The notes under the pieces are model-generated. The model saw only the letters and a list, made by a program, of their open reading frames with translations, was not told where the DNA came from and searched no databases. DNA of 63,186 nucleotides, the filler included, from a bacterium (GTDB lineage Bacteria; JACRDZ01; JAQUKH01): assembly GCA_028719205.1 (NCBI GenBank). It is 3 parts of 3 records of this genome, joined end to end, with 100 filler letters (N's around TTAATTAATTAA, not from the genome) between each part and the next. Parts side by side here need not be neighbours in the genome. Positions count along the whole stretch, not along the records: positions 1 to 30,595 come from JAQUKH010000031.1; 2 more parts are not named here. One strand, written 5' to 3'. Position 1 is the stretch's first letter. Every line of letters starts with the position of its first letter. A program made the translations under genes and the position numbers. Below, one piece after another: positions 10,334 to 19,158 of this stretch.

Positions 10334-11044
10334 TTAGTATTTATGTAAGGCCGAAATCCTGATACCTATTTCATAAAATATTACCATCGGCACTGCCAGT
10401 AAGATCTGCGACATTGGATCCGGTCCGGGTGTTAAAAAACCCGCGGCTATAAAAATAAGAAGAATGGCATATTTTCTGTTTTTTCTTAAAACATGCGCTT
10501 GGACAATATTAAGCTTTGTTAAAAAATATAATATCAGCGGCATTTCGAATATTAAACCAAAGAAAAACAAAGTCCAGAGTAAAAAAGAGATATACCGGGC
10601 CGCGCTCCATTGAGCGGAAAGGAATTCATTCTCAAATTGCAAAAAAAATCTTAATGCCGAAGGGATAACAATACTATAACAAAAAATTACTCCGGTAATA
10701 AATAACAAAAAGGCAAGAATACTTACAAATATCATACGCCTGCCGGCAACTATTTTTTCAACCGGAAGCAAAGAAATGACCTGGTAAAAAATAAACGGCA
10801 AGGCTAAAAACACGCCCCCTAATATAGAAATTTCGAGGTTAATGTATAACGCTTCAAAAGGTGTGATAAAGATCAGAGAACTTTCGGGTTTTATTTTAAG
10901 ATACGGATATTGTATTAAATACCAGATATTTTTTTTAAAAAAATAACATAAAAAAGACGCCGCAAGGACAAAGATAAATATTTTTATTATCTTTTGCCTT
11001 AAATCCTGCAGGAATAAAAAAATTTTATCATTAGAAATATCCAT
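10334..11044 (-). CDS. tatC: Twin-arginine translocase subunit TatC (paralog 1)
   Basis: FITPFEAL, FGLIFEMP, LTPGPDPMSQILLAVPM..FYE motifs; multiple TM segments. Confidence 0.9.
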   Translation of the reverse strand: MDISNDKIFLFLQDLRQKIIKIFIFVLAASFLCYFFKKNIWYLIQYPYLKIKPESSLIFITPFEALYINLEISILGGVFLALPFIFYQVISLLPVEKIVAGRRMIFVSILAFLLFITGVIFCYSIVIPSALRFFLQFENEFLSAQWSAARYISFLLWTLFFFGLIFEMPLILYFLTKLNIVQAHVLRKNRKYAILLIFIAAGFLTPGPDPMSQILLAVPMVIFYEIGIRISALHKY

Positions 11045-11053
11045 AATAAAAAT

Positions 11054-11100
11054 AACTCCCCACCCCCCTCTTTAATTAAAGAGGGGGGCAAGGGGGCGTT
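11054..11100. repeat. C-run/G-run palindromic dispersed repeat
   Basis: Perfect palindrome CCCCCCTCTTTAATTAAAGAGGGGGG followed by AGGGGG; related elements at 23298 and 28568. Confidence 0.7.
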
Positions 11101-11115
11101 TTTCCTTAATAAAGA

Positions 11116-11155
11116 AAGGGAGCCAGCATAAAAATATTTTATCTCTGGCTCCCTT
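11116..11155 (-). terminator. Hairpin after the NapC-type cytochrome gene
   Basis: AAGGGAGCCAG ... CTGGCTCCCTT inverted repeat. Confidence 0.6.
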
Positions 11156-11173
11156 GGTTATTACTGATTATGA

Positions 11174-12427
11174 TTATTTTTTTGGCAATAACTCTTTTGC
11201 CGCTTTTAATTTTTCCTCTGCTTTTTTCAACATAGCATCGGTATAATCACTGTTATGCGCTCCACGGCTTCCGTCCTTCATCGCATAATCATAATTGTAT
11301 TTAGCAATGTTTAGCAATTCTTTCGCTTCAGCTACCTCAGAACTTTGTTTTTTACCTGCCTTCTTTAATTGTTTTTCTACATCTTCTATTAAACCTTTTA
11401 CAGGCGCTGCCAAAGCCTCATAACTGTTCTGCCAATCCTTGACCATATCCTGATATCCTTTACTGTGACAACCATCACAGGTAGAAACATCCGCCTTAAA
11501 TTTATTACCTTCCGAATGTCCGCAATCTCCACAATCTGCCTGTCCATTCATCAGGCCGGGCGCGTCTTCAACCTCTTTAGCTCCTTTACCCGCATGCATA
11601 TTAACCTGGCCGATATGACATCTCGCGCAAGCGTCTTTAAATGCTTTTTTACCATTATGACAACGGAAACAAATTTCCATCCTTGGAAGATTCATTGGCC
11701 CAATTCCTAAAGACACCGGAGCATGAGCAATCTCTTGATGACAATCTAAACAAATTAATCCTTTGTCTTCATGAGAGGCATGTGAGCCTGGAACCGCGCT
11801 GAACTTTTCCTCCATGGCAGCTGCCTTTGATTTTACCTCTGCCTTACTTTCAGGCGCCAGAGCATTAGGGTCTTTTTCAACATCTTTCTGGGCATCTAAC
11901 AAGGCATTAGGATTAATCATTCCGGTTTTGTCCGGGTGGCAACGCTTACAAGATTCATTAATAATATTGCGTGATCCTGTCTCCGGAGGGCAAATAAATT
12001 CTTCACCTTTTGATTTAACAAAGAAAGTGGTCGTTGGGGTATGAAGATACTGAGGTAAAATTTCCTTACGTTCCTCCTCCGGGATCTCTGATAACGATTC
12101 GCCCCTGCGACCGGCAATCTCATGTGGTATGGAAACTAAAACAGCAACTAATTTTCCTTTTATTAAACCCACTAAACCCGGGGTATAATGACATCCATGA
12201 CAATCGGCCTTATGGCCGTTATGTGCTAATGGTTTCCCATTATTTCCGCTCCCGTGGAAAGATGCCCTGAATGAATCAACATCCGGGCCCATATCATGGC
12301 ACACAGCTTTACAAAAAGTCGGAGCCGAAGAAAAATCAATACTAGCCTTAATACCATAAATCACAACAATAGCAATAATAATTGAAATAACTACATTCGT
12401 CTTTATCCACTCTTTGATTTTACCCAT
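11174..12427 (-). CDS. NapC/NirT/NrfH-family membrane-anchored multiheme cytochrome c with extended C-terminus (7-8 hemes)
   Basis: N-terminal TM helix; CKAVCHDM, six CxxCH, one CGDCGH; helical tail with DGSRGAHN. Confidence 0.85.
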   Translation of the reverse strand: MGKIKEWIKTNVVISIIIAIVVIYGIKASIDFSSAPTFCKAVCHDMGPDVDSFRASFHGSGNNGKPLAHNGHKADCHGCHYTPGLVGLIKGKLVAVLVSIPHEIAGRRGESLSEIPEEERKEILPQYLHTPTTTFFVKSKGEEFICPPETGSRNIINESCKRCHPDKTGMINPNALLDAQKDVEKDPNALAPESKAEVKSKAAAMEEKFSAVPGSHASHEDKGLICLDCHQEIAHAPVSLGIGPMNLPRMEICFRCHNGKKAFKDACARCHIGQVNMHAGKGAKEVEDAPGLMNGQADCGDCGHSEGNKFKADVSTCDGCHSKGYQDMVKDWQNSYEALAAPVKGLIEDVEKQLKKAGKKQSSEVAEAKELLNIAKYNYDYAMKDGSRGAHNSDYTDAMLKKAEEKLKAAKELLPKK

Positions 12428-12499
12428 TTATTTTTTTTGCCCCCTTTCTTAGTTTTTTCGTATTTCGTCGTTCGTATTCCGACATACGATATACAAAAA

Positions 12500-13459
12500 T
12501 TAATTATAACTATGTAAACCCGGCAGTAAGAAATTTACACCAAAATAAGTAAACACAACTGCCCAAAAACCATAAACTGATATGTACGCAGCTTTAATCC
12601 CGCTCCATCCCGACGTTTTTCTCGCATGCAGATAAGCCGCGTATATGAACCATGTTATCAAAGACCATGTTTCTTTCGGGTCCCACGACCAGTAACTGCC
12701 CCATGCGGAATCCGCCCAAACAGCGCCCGCTATAATACCGCCTGTTAAAAATATGAAGCCATAAACCGCCGCATTATAATTTACTTTATCTACCACATCA
12801 ATCGGGGGAAGTCTTTCCTTCAATTTTTTTTCATTCTTATACAATAGATAACAAACAAAAACAAATACACCTATAAAAATAAACATGCTTATTATACCCT
12901 GATTAAATTTTATTTTCAATAAAAAATAAAATATTAATGTTGTAATAATACAAATGTTCAAAGCGGCCGAGAAAAAGGCCCATTTATTTTCTATTTTCAA
13001 AAGGTAAAGCAAAGCACAGCCATATGACACGACAAATCCGCCATATCCGATAAAGATCACAGCGACATGGATTTCCAGCCAAACACTTTGTAATATAGGA
13101 ACTAGAGGCTGAATATCAGAGGAAAATGTTTTTGCGTAAAGGATCGCTAAGAATGATAATGGAACTACAAAAACACCAAGGCTTTTAAGCTGATACTTAA
13201 ATTGCGCATAAATATAAAAAAGAATAATAATCCAGGAAAAATATATAAGGGATTCATACAAATTGGCAAAAGGAGCATGCCCTGATTCTATTATACGGAA
13301 AATAATACCTGTTGTATGAATAATAAAACCGCATATGGTGAAAATTTTTGCGGCTAAATATAATTTATCGTTTTTATTGTAAATTATATGACATATAAAA
13401 ATAATACTTGATAAAAAATAAATAAAAGCGGTAACATTAAATAATATAACATTTCTCAC
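12500..13459 (-). CDS. ccsA: System II cytochrome c biogenesis protein (heme lyase) CcsA/ResC
   Basis: HAPFANLYES, WWD domain WGSYWSWDPKETWS, C-terminal GLHSY. Confidence 0.95.
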   Translation of the reverse strand: MRNVILFNVTAFIYFLSSIIFICHIIYNKNDKLYLAAKIFTICGFIIHTTGIIFRIIESGHAPFANLYESLIYFSWIIILFYIYAQFKYQLKSLGVFVVPLSFLAILYAKTFSSDIQPLVPILQSVWLEIHVAVIFIGYGGFVVSYGCALLYLLKIENKWAFFSAALNICIITTLIFYFLLKIKFNQGIISMFIFIGVFVFVCYLLYKNEKKLKERLPPIDVVDKVNYNAAVYGFIFLTGGIIAGAVWADSAWGSYWSWDPKETWSLITWFIYAAYLHARKTSGWSGIKAAYISVYGFWAVVFTYFGVNFLLPGLHSYN

Positions 13460-13500
13460 GGTTATTGATTATACAACTTTATTATTTTGCGGGCAACCTA

Positions 13501-13546
13501 AAAAAAGGGGAAATGATCAATATTTAATCTATTCGATCATTTCCCC
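13501..13546 (-). terminator. Intrinsic terminator after cytochrome c3
   Basis: GGGGAAATGATC ... GATCATTTCCCC followed by a T-run on the minus strand. Confidence 0.75.
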
Positions 13547-13583
13547 TCACGCTATAAATCCAACTAAATTATTATTTAGTTGA

Positions 13584-13988
13584 TTATTTTTCTTCCTTCT
13601 CTCCAGCTGCCTTTGGATGACAACCATCACATTTAGTCGGAGCCTTTTTCTCTTTATCTGTTTTATGGCATCCGATACATTGGATATGAAAAGGATTCTC
13701 TTTTGCTGATGAACTGGACGCATCAATCTTCTGTTTATCCTTCTCCTGTACCTTCGCATGGCAAGCCGCATCAGAACATTTTGTTTCTTCTGCCTTTTCT
13801 CCATCCGCTTTTTTATGATGACAATTTACACATTTTACATCTTTCATCTCACCGTGTTTTTTATGTTCAAAAACAACCGCTGATTTTTTCTTTTTCCAAT
13901 GTTCAATTGTCACTTTTTCCGGAGCTGCCGCGAAAACTACTGTTGACAAAAACAATACGCTAAAAATTCCACCTAATAATTTTTTCAC
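13584..13988 (-). CDS. Tetraheme class III cytochrome c (cytochrome c3)
   Basis: Signal peptide; VVFEHKKH, CVNCHH, CSDAACH, CIGCH, CDGCH; Lys-rich. Confidence 0.93.
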   Translation of the reverse strand: MKKLLGGIFSVLFLSTVVFAAAPEKVTIEHWKKKKSAVVFEHKKHGEMKDVKCVNCHHKKADGEKAEETKCSDAACHAKVQEKDKQKIDASSSSAKENPFHIQCIGCHKTDKEKKAPTKCDGCHPKAAGEKEEK

Positions 13989-14032
13989 TATTTTTTCACC
14001 CCCTTCCTTTTATCAATAAAACTGCATACCAA

Positions 14033-15487
14033 TTATTCCAACTTAGCCCTTGTATCCTCATATAGTTTCTTAGACGCTTCAGAATCCTCAGCTGCCTTAG
14101 CAGATTGCTTTCTAAGCTGCTCAGCCAAATCTCTCAATCTTATGGAATCTGATTTTACCTTAGCCGCTTCAGCTTTAAGTAACTTAACCTCAGCTTCTTT
14201 CTCTTTAGCAACTTTTATCTGTTCAGGAGAGATTTCAGGAGGCAACTCTTTCTGCATCTTTTCCACTTCTGCTAATTGCGCCTTCAAGGAATCAACTTTT
14301 TCCGAGACAACCTTTTCATTGTCCTGCGCCTTTTTAACGTCAGGAGCCAAAGCATTTAATTCTTTTGCTGAATTTTCTAATGACTTCTGAGATGCGTCAT
14401 ATTTTTCCTGAATATCTTTAGCTTCAACTTTCGCGGCATCTGCTTTCTTTTTATAATCATCCGCCTCTTCATTATTACCCCTTATACGCGCAACCCTTTC
14501 TTTCGCGGTAAAGATATTTATCTGACCTGTAATTTCATCCAATTTATCTTTATATCCCTTTGATTCAGCCTCAACTTCTTTCAGCTTACTTTCAACAGAA
14601 GATTTAGCTGTAACTTTCTTTTTTGAAACAGCAATCAAAGCTGTTAATTCATTATCCGCAGCTTTAATCTCATCCTGCAGCTCACTTACTTTTCTGGCTA
14701 ACGCTTCAGGATTTATCCTTAATGCTTCCTGCTCCTGCTGTTTAACCCTCGATTCTAAATCCTTAGATCTTTCTTCCGCGTCCCTTGCCTGAACATCTAA
14801 CTCTTCTGATTTGCTTTTTAGATCTTTAGCGTTATTCTCCGCTTTTTCCATTGACAGTTTAGCATTATTAATTTTTACTTTAGCTTCCCGCAAAGAATTC
14901 TTGGATTTTTTTATGATCGGGGCAAGCAATTGTTGGACCATTTTTCTGGATAACATCTCAGTGGTAGTTATTTTCCCAAAATCCAAAAGATACGCAAAAT
15001 CGCTTCCGGTAGCTATATAATTCACCTGCCAGATTAGAGAACCGTCTTTTGTATCAAGCATGTGGATATCCATTGATATTACAGGATCATCTTTTTTACC
15101 CATTTCAAAAGTGTCTATTGTTCCCAAAATAACAGCATCTACACCCAAAGCCTCACCTATTTTCTGCGCGTCGGCTAATTCCAGTGTATTAACTCCACCC
15201 TTTGCCCTTACTTTCACTTCTTTTAAGGCTTTATCTACCTCTCCTGGTTCTATTACCTTAAATTGGCTTGAAGTCATCAATTCTATCGCAAAAATATAGG
15301 CTAATTTTTCACCGGCATTTTTATCTTTACTCATATTATTAAACTCAAGAAGAGCCAGCTTTTTTACTTTATGCAAAGGTGCTTCATCTTTTAAGTAGGT
15401 ACGCATATTACCCCCGCATCCCACATTCAGAAAAACACCAGCACAAACTAATAAAATTATTTTCTTTTTACGGAATAATTCCCACAT
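14033..15487 (-). CDS. Lipoprotein with CsgG/PelC/GNA1162-like domain and long coiled-coil tail
   Basis: Lipobox NVGC; KLALLEFNN, IGEALGVDAVILGTI, LDTKDGSLIW; about 290-aa K/E/A-rich coiled coil. Confidence 0.7.
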   Translation of the reverse strand: MWELFRKKKIILLVCAGVFLNVGCGGNMRTYLKDEAPLHKVKKLALLEFNNMSKDKNAGEKLAYIFAIELMTSSQFKVIEPGEVDKALKEVKVRAKGGVNTLELADAQKIGEALGVDAVILGTIDTFEMGKKDDPVISMDIHMLDTKDGSLIWQVNYIATGSDFAYLLDFGKITTTEMLSRKMVQQLLAPIIKKSKNSLREAKVKINNAKLSMEKAENNAKDLKSKSEELDVQARDAEERSKDLESRVKQQEQEALRINPEALARKVSELQDEIKAADNELTALIAVSKKKVTAKSSVESKLKEVEAESKGYKDKLDEITGQINIFTAKERVARIRGNNEEADDYKKKADAAKVEAKDIQEKYDASQKSLENSAKELNALAPDVKKAQDNEKVVSEKVDSLKAQLAEVEKMQKELPPEISPEQIKVAKEKEAEVKLLKAEAAKVKSDSIRLRDLAEQLRKQSAKAAEDSEASKKLYEDTRAKLE

Positions 15488-15510
15488 TCCTATTCCTCCT
15501 TTTATAAACT

Positions 15511-15584
15511 TGAGTTAATCGAAAGGTTCTGGCTGAAAGCCAGGTTCTTTCGCTTTTACTCATTGTTATCCTCGTCGGGGATAA
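15511..15584 (-). promoter_or_regulatory. Structured 5' leader (two hairpins) of the lipoprotein-c3 unit
   Basis: TGAGT..CGAAAG-AAC-CTGGCT-TTC-AGCCAG-AAC-CTTTCG..ACTCA plus TTATCCCCGACGAGGATAA, downstream of TTGACA(15634)-17 nt-TAACAT. Confidence 0.45.
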
Positions 15585-15644
15585 ATAATCATTTACAAGT
15601 TTTTTATGTTACACATTAAACACATTTTTGTCAAGTAAAAAATC

Positions 15645-17411
15645 CTAAAAGCTTAAAGACACATTAATTAAAATATCCTCTGTGACGCTATTCGCGCTTT
15701 GATCTGTCAAATTTTCCTGTTTGATGACCGTGTAAGTTAAAGAACTGTTACCTATGTTTCCAATAGGATAACTAGCATTAAGAGAATAATTTATATTATT
15801 AGTTGAAATAAGCTCCGCATCCCTTGAATCGGTACCTACTGATAATTTAGCTGATATAGGAATACCCTGGAATGTAGTGCTGATTCCCGGCCCAAAATCA
15901 GTCCTTTGAGAAAGATGAGTCCCTGTCTCATCAAAAGTACGGGTTAATGAACCTGTTAAGTTAACCGATGTTACCCCCAGTTTATAATCTAAACTGGCCT
16001 TATAATCACTTGTTGTTTGGTCACTGCTGGCAGTCGATGAGTTACTTTGGGTATGGCTATAAGAAGTACCTAATGAACTGTTTAAATCTTCTATTAACAT
16101 CAGGCTGTAATTCAGGGTTATTGTATTACGAATATCGTCCCTGTTATCATCCGGAATATTAGAATTGTTTTTATCTAAAACATAAGCATAGGTACAATCC
16201 AATCTTTCTATAAGCTTCCCTGATAAATTAAACCCGAAGTTTTCTGCTTCAGACGCATTGTTATTTTCTACCGAATGTTTTTTCCCGAAGCCATATCTTG
16301 CGCTGGCCGTAAAATCGCTGACATTTAATGATCCTGGAGGGGCAATACTTAAATCAATGGAATCATTCGCGGTTATAGTGTTTTTTGTTTGACTGGAAGT
16401 ATAAGTATAACCTATATTAACAGCGTCAAAAATCGGCGGAATTCTTACCGAGAAATCTCTGGTATTAGTATTATCGATCGAATCTACAGTCTGAGTTTCT
16501 GAAGTTTTTGCAGATGTCGAGAAGCTTAAATTCTTTATGGGAGTAAAAGCTATCCGGAAGCCATTAGCATTACTTACATCCTTTCTCCCGCTTTGAGAAT
16601 TAAAACTATTACTTTTTGTCCAATCGCAATTAATATTTAAATTTTCTAATAAGTTAAAACTAAAGCTTGCATCCCCTGATTCAGTTAAACTATTGACTGA
16701 AGTAGCGACATCATAATTATTACCTACCCTGTACCCGCTATTAAAAGATAATTTATTATCCAATAATTTTGTAGAATAGCTCAAGTTTAACGCATTATTT
16801 GTCGTCTGATTTACCGTTGGACTATCTACGGAATTAGTGCTATTACTATTAAATGAAATTGCCGAAGATATATTTGAATCTTGTATCTTAAAATTCTTGG
16901 AAAATTGTACACCGGCAGTATTATCAGAAGTTGTGGTCAGTTGACTGTCTTTAATAGAATTTGAATAGTTAAAAGAAAATCTGGGTAAGACTTCAGGATT
17001 TATTGAAAAACTGAACTTATTTGTTTTCGTATTGGATACACCAATAGTAAAATCACTATTAGTGTCATCTGTTAACCCTAACGAGCAGGCTATTATATCA
17101 TAACTTAAATCAAAATTTAGATCTGTTACTTCAGTTTTTGATTTAACAGCTTCGTTGATAGAATATCTAACCGCAGTACGAAGGCTTCCCTTCTCAGTCA
17201 GATCATTTTTAATATTTAAGTTGTAACTATAAATATGTGTAAAATTTTCCGCTGCATCTTCTAGCGTTTTAGCCCTATCAGTACCATCAGAGGAAGTATA
17301 AGAAAAAGAAACGTTGCCGCCGATGTCCAAACCCTGGGCAAAAATATTACGAGCATAAATAAAAATACTTATAGGAACAATTATATAGATAATTATTTTC
17401 TTATTTAACAT
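15645..17411 (-). CDS. Large outer-membrane beta-barrel protein (putative cytochrome-conduit porin)
   Basis: Signal peptide; S/N/T-rich amphipathic strands with alternating Y/F/L throughout; C-terminal INVSLSF; directly downstream of the multiheme cytochrome. Confidence 0.8.
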   Translation of the reverse strand: MLNKKIIIYIIVPISIFIYARNIFAQGLDIGGNVSFSYTSSDGTDRAKTLEDAAENFTHIYSYNLNIKNDLTEKGSLRTAVRYSINEAVKSKTEVTDLNFDLSYDIIACSLGLTDDTNSDFTIGVSNTKTNKFSFSINPEVLPRFSFNYSNSIKDSQLTTTSDNTAGVQFSKNFKIQDSNISSAISFNSNSTNSVDSPTVNQTTNNALNLSYSTKLLDNKLSFNSGYRVGNNYDVATSVNSLTESGDASFSFNLLENLNINCDWTKSNSFNSQSGRKDVSNANGFRIAFTPIKNLSFSTSAKTSETQTVDSIDNTNTRDFSVRIPPIFDAVNIGYTYTSSQTKNTITANDSIDLSIAPPGSLNVSDFTASARYGFGKKHSVENNNASEAENFGFNLSGKLIERLDCTYAYVLDKNNSNIPDDNRDDIRNTITLNYSLMLIEDLNSSLGTSYSHTQSNSSTASSDQTTSDYKASLDYKLGVTSVNLTGSLTRTFDETGTHLSQRTDFGPGISTTFQGIPISAKLSVGTDSRDAELISTNNINYSLNASYPIGNIGNSSLTYTVIKQENLTDQSANSVTEDILINVSLSF

Positions 17412-17429
17412 AAAAATCCAGTTTTATAT

Positions 17430-19157
17430 TTATTCATGGCAGTTAAAACAAAAACTTCTCTCGCCTTTTTTTAATTTATCAACAAACAAAAGCTTTGCCG
17501 GTTCATGATTATTATGGCAAGTAGCGCAATTTATCTTATTCCCGACAGCAAGCGGGAAACCGCTTAATTCCATTTTGGGAACAATATTTATCAAATGCGT
17601 ATTTTTATCTTCACGATGACAGACATTACATCGATTTACAATATTTTTATCATAAGAAAGGGCATTTCCCCGTGTTAATTCAGGCAGGATAACATGACAA
17701 AATTTACATTTATTCTCAGATTTACTTTCGACATGAGGATTCTTCCTCTTAAATTTCTCATCACCACTGTGACAAGCCTGACATAAGTCATTTACAGCAT
17801 CTTTACGGCGGTAAACAGGCAAATCCCTTTTTTTTATACTCCAATCTTCAGCTAAAACTGTTTCTCCGTAAGGCAAATGCGCGTCATGACAAGTATAACA
17901 AGTTATTGATTTCCACCTGTCCAGAGGAATATCCGCGGGAATGCGTTTCTTTGGTTCCACATCTAACGGATGAGAATGTCCGCTTTTATCATGGCATTCC
18001 TGGCATAAGACCTTAATTTCTGATTTAGTATAAACCTCGGCTGATTCTCTTAATTTGACCCTGTTAAAATCATTTACTTTCCAACTTACACACATTTCAT
18101 TTAAGTTGAATGGGAATTCTTTATGACAAGACATACACTGCCTTTCCCAATGAGGGTTATCTATCTTAACCCGGTTCATAATTTTTAATTCATGGCAAAC
18201 CTTGCATAAATTACTCATTACACGCTCAAAATCTAACGGAGTATCCCCATATGTATGCTTTTCATAATCATATTCATCTAAATCTCCGTTTGAACTTCTT
18301 AAAAAAACGGTTGCTCTCTTTATTACCCTGCCGTCAGGATAAACCTTTTCATTGCTGAAATCAAAATGACAGCTTTGGCAAGATTCCCCATGGGGATCGT
18401 GACAAGTATTACAAGTCATACTATCCGACTCATCCAAAGGAAATTTCTGAAATTCAGATTGGTTTGTCATAGCCTCCAGCATAATCGGAGAAGGTATGAT
18501 ATTTATAGGATGCTTAACTGTTATTTCATTATCAGCATTTTTTTTATGGCAATCATCCATGCATAATCTCTGGATAGGTTTATTTAAAAGAATAGTTTCA
18601 TGGGTGTCTCTTGCCATATCAACAGCAGTAGAATGGCATTGCGCGCAGTTTTTATAAATATATTCCCTGATAAAAGAATCAGTGGAATATGAATAAGTGC
18701 CTGAATTTATTCCCCACTTCGGATTAGTTTTTTCTGTATCAGCGGAATGGCAGCTTATTGAACTGCAACTTTTTGTGATAGGATCAAAACCGGTTAAAGT
18801 CACTTGTATTGTACCATTCATGTGATTTTTAATATTTGCATCCACATTTTTGTCATAATGACATTCGTCACAAAGATCCCATCGTGTTATAAATTTCCCA
18901 TCTTTACCTTTTAAATCTCTGTAACTTCCATTCTGGAATTTAGCAAACTTTGTTATATTGGTTTCATCTAAATGATCTTTATGCTTTCCAGTTTCCGGCT
19001 GTCCATATTTAGAGTTAACCCCGTGGCATTTATTACAAGTAAATTCCTGGTCGTGCGGATTTCTGTCATATGAAATAGAAAAAGTATCTGTATTTACTGC
19101 GATAAGGATTAATGTAATCAGAACAAAATAAAACTTAATATTCAAACTCTGTCCCAT
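17430..19157 (-). CDS. Secreted multiheme cytochrome c (16 heme motifs)
   Basis: 14 CxxCH plus CSSISCH and CMDDCH; paired CxxCHxxH...LCxxCH units. Confidence 0.93.
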   Translation of the reverse strand: MGQSLNIKFYFVLITLILIAVNTDTFSISYDRNPHDQEFTCNKCHGVNSKYGQPETGKHKDHLDETNITKFAKFQNGSYRDLKGKDGKFITRWDLCDECHYDKNVDANIKNHMNGTIQVTLTGFDPITKSCSSISCHSADTEKTNPKWGINSGTYSYSTDSFIREYIYKNCAQCHSTAVDMARDTHETILLNKPIQRLCMDDCHKKNADNEITVKHPINIIPSPIMLEAMTNQSEFQKFPLDESDSMTCNTCHDPHGESCQSCHFDFSNEKVYPDGRVIKRATVFLRSSNGDLDEYDYEKHTYGDTPLDFERVMSNLCKVCHELKIMNRVKIDNPHWERQCMSCHKEFPFNLNEMCVSWKVNDFNRVKLRESAEVYTKSEIKVLCQECHDKSGHSHPLDVEPKKRIPADIPLDRWKSITCYTCHDAHLPYGETVLAEDWSIKKRDLPVYRRKDAVNDLCQACHSGDEKFKRKNPHVESKSENKCKFCHVILPELTRGNALSYDKNIVNRCNVCHREDKNTHLINIVPKMELSGFPLAVGNKINCATCHNNHEPAKLLFVDKLKKGERSFCFNCHE

Positions 19158-19158
19158 C

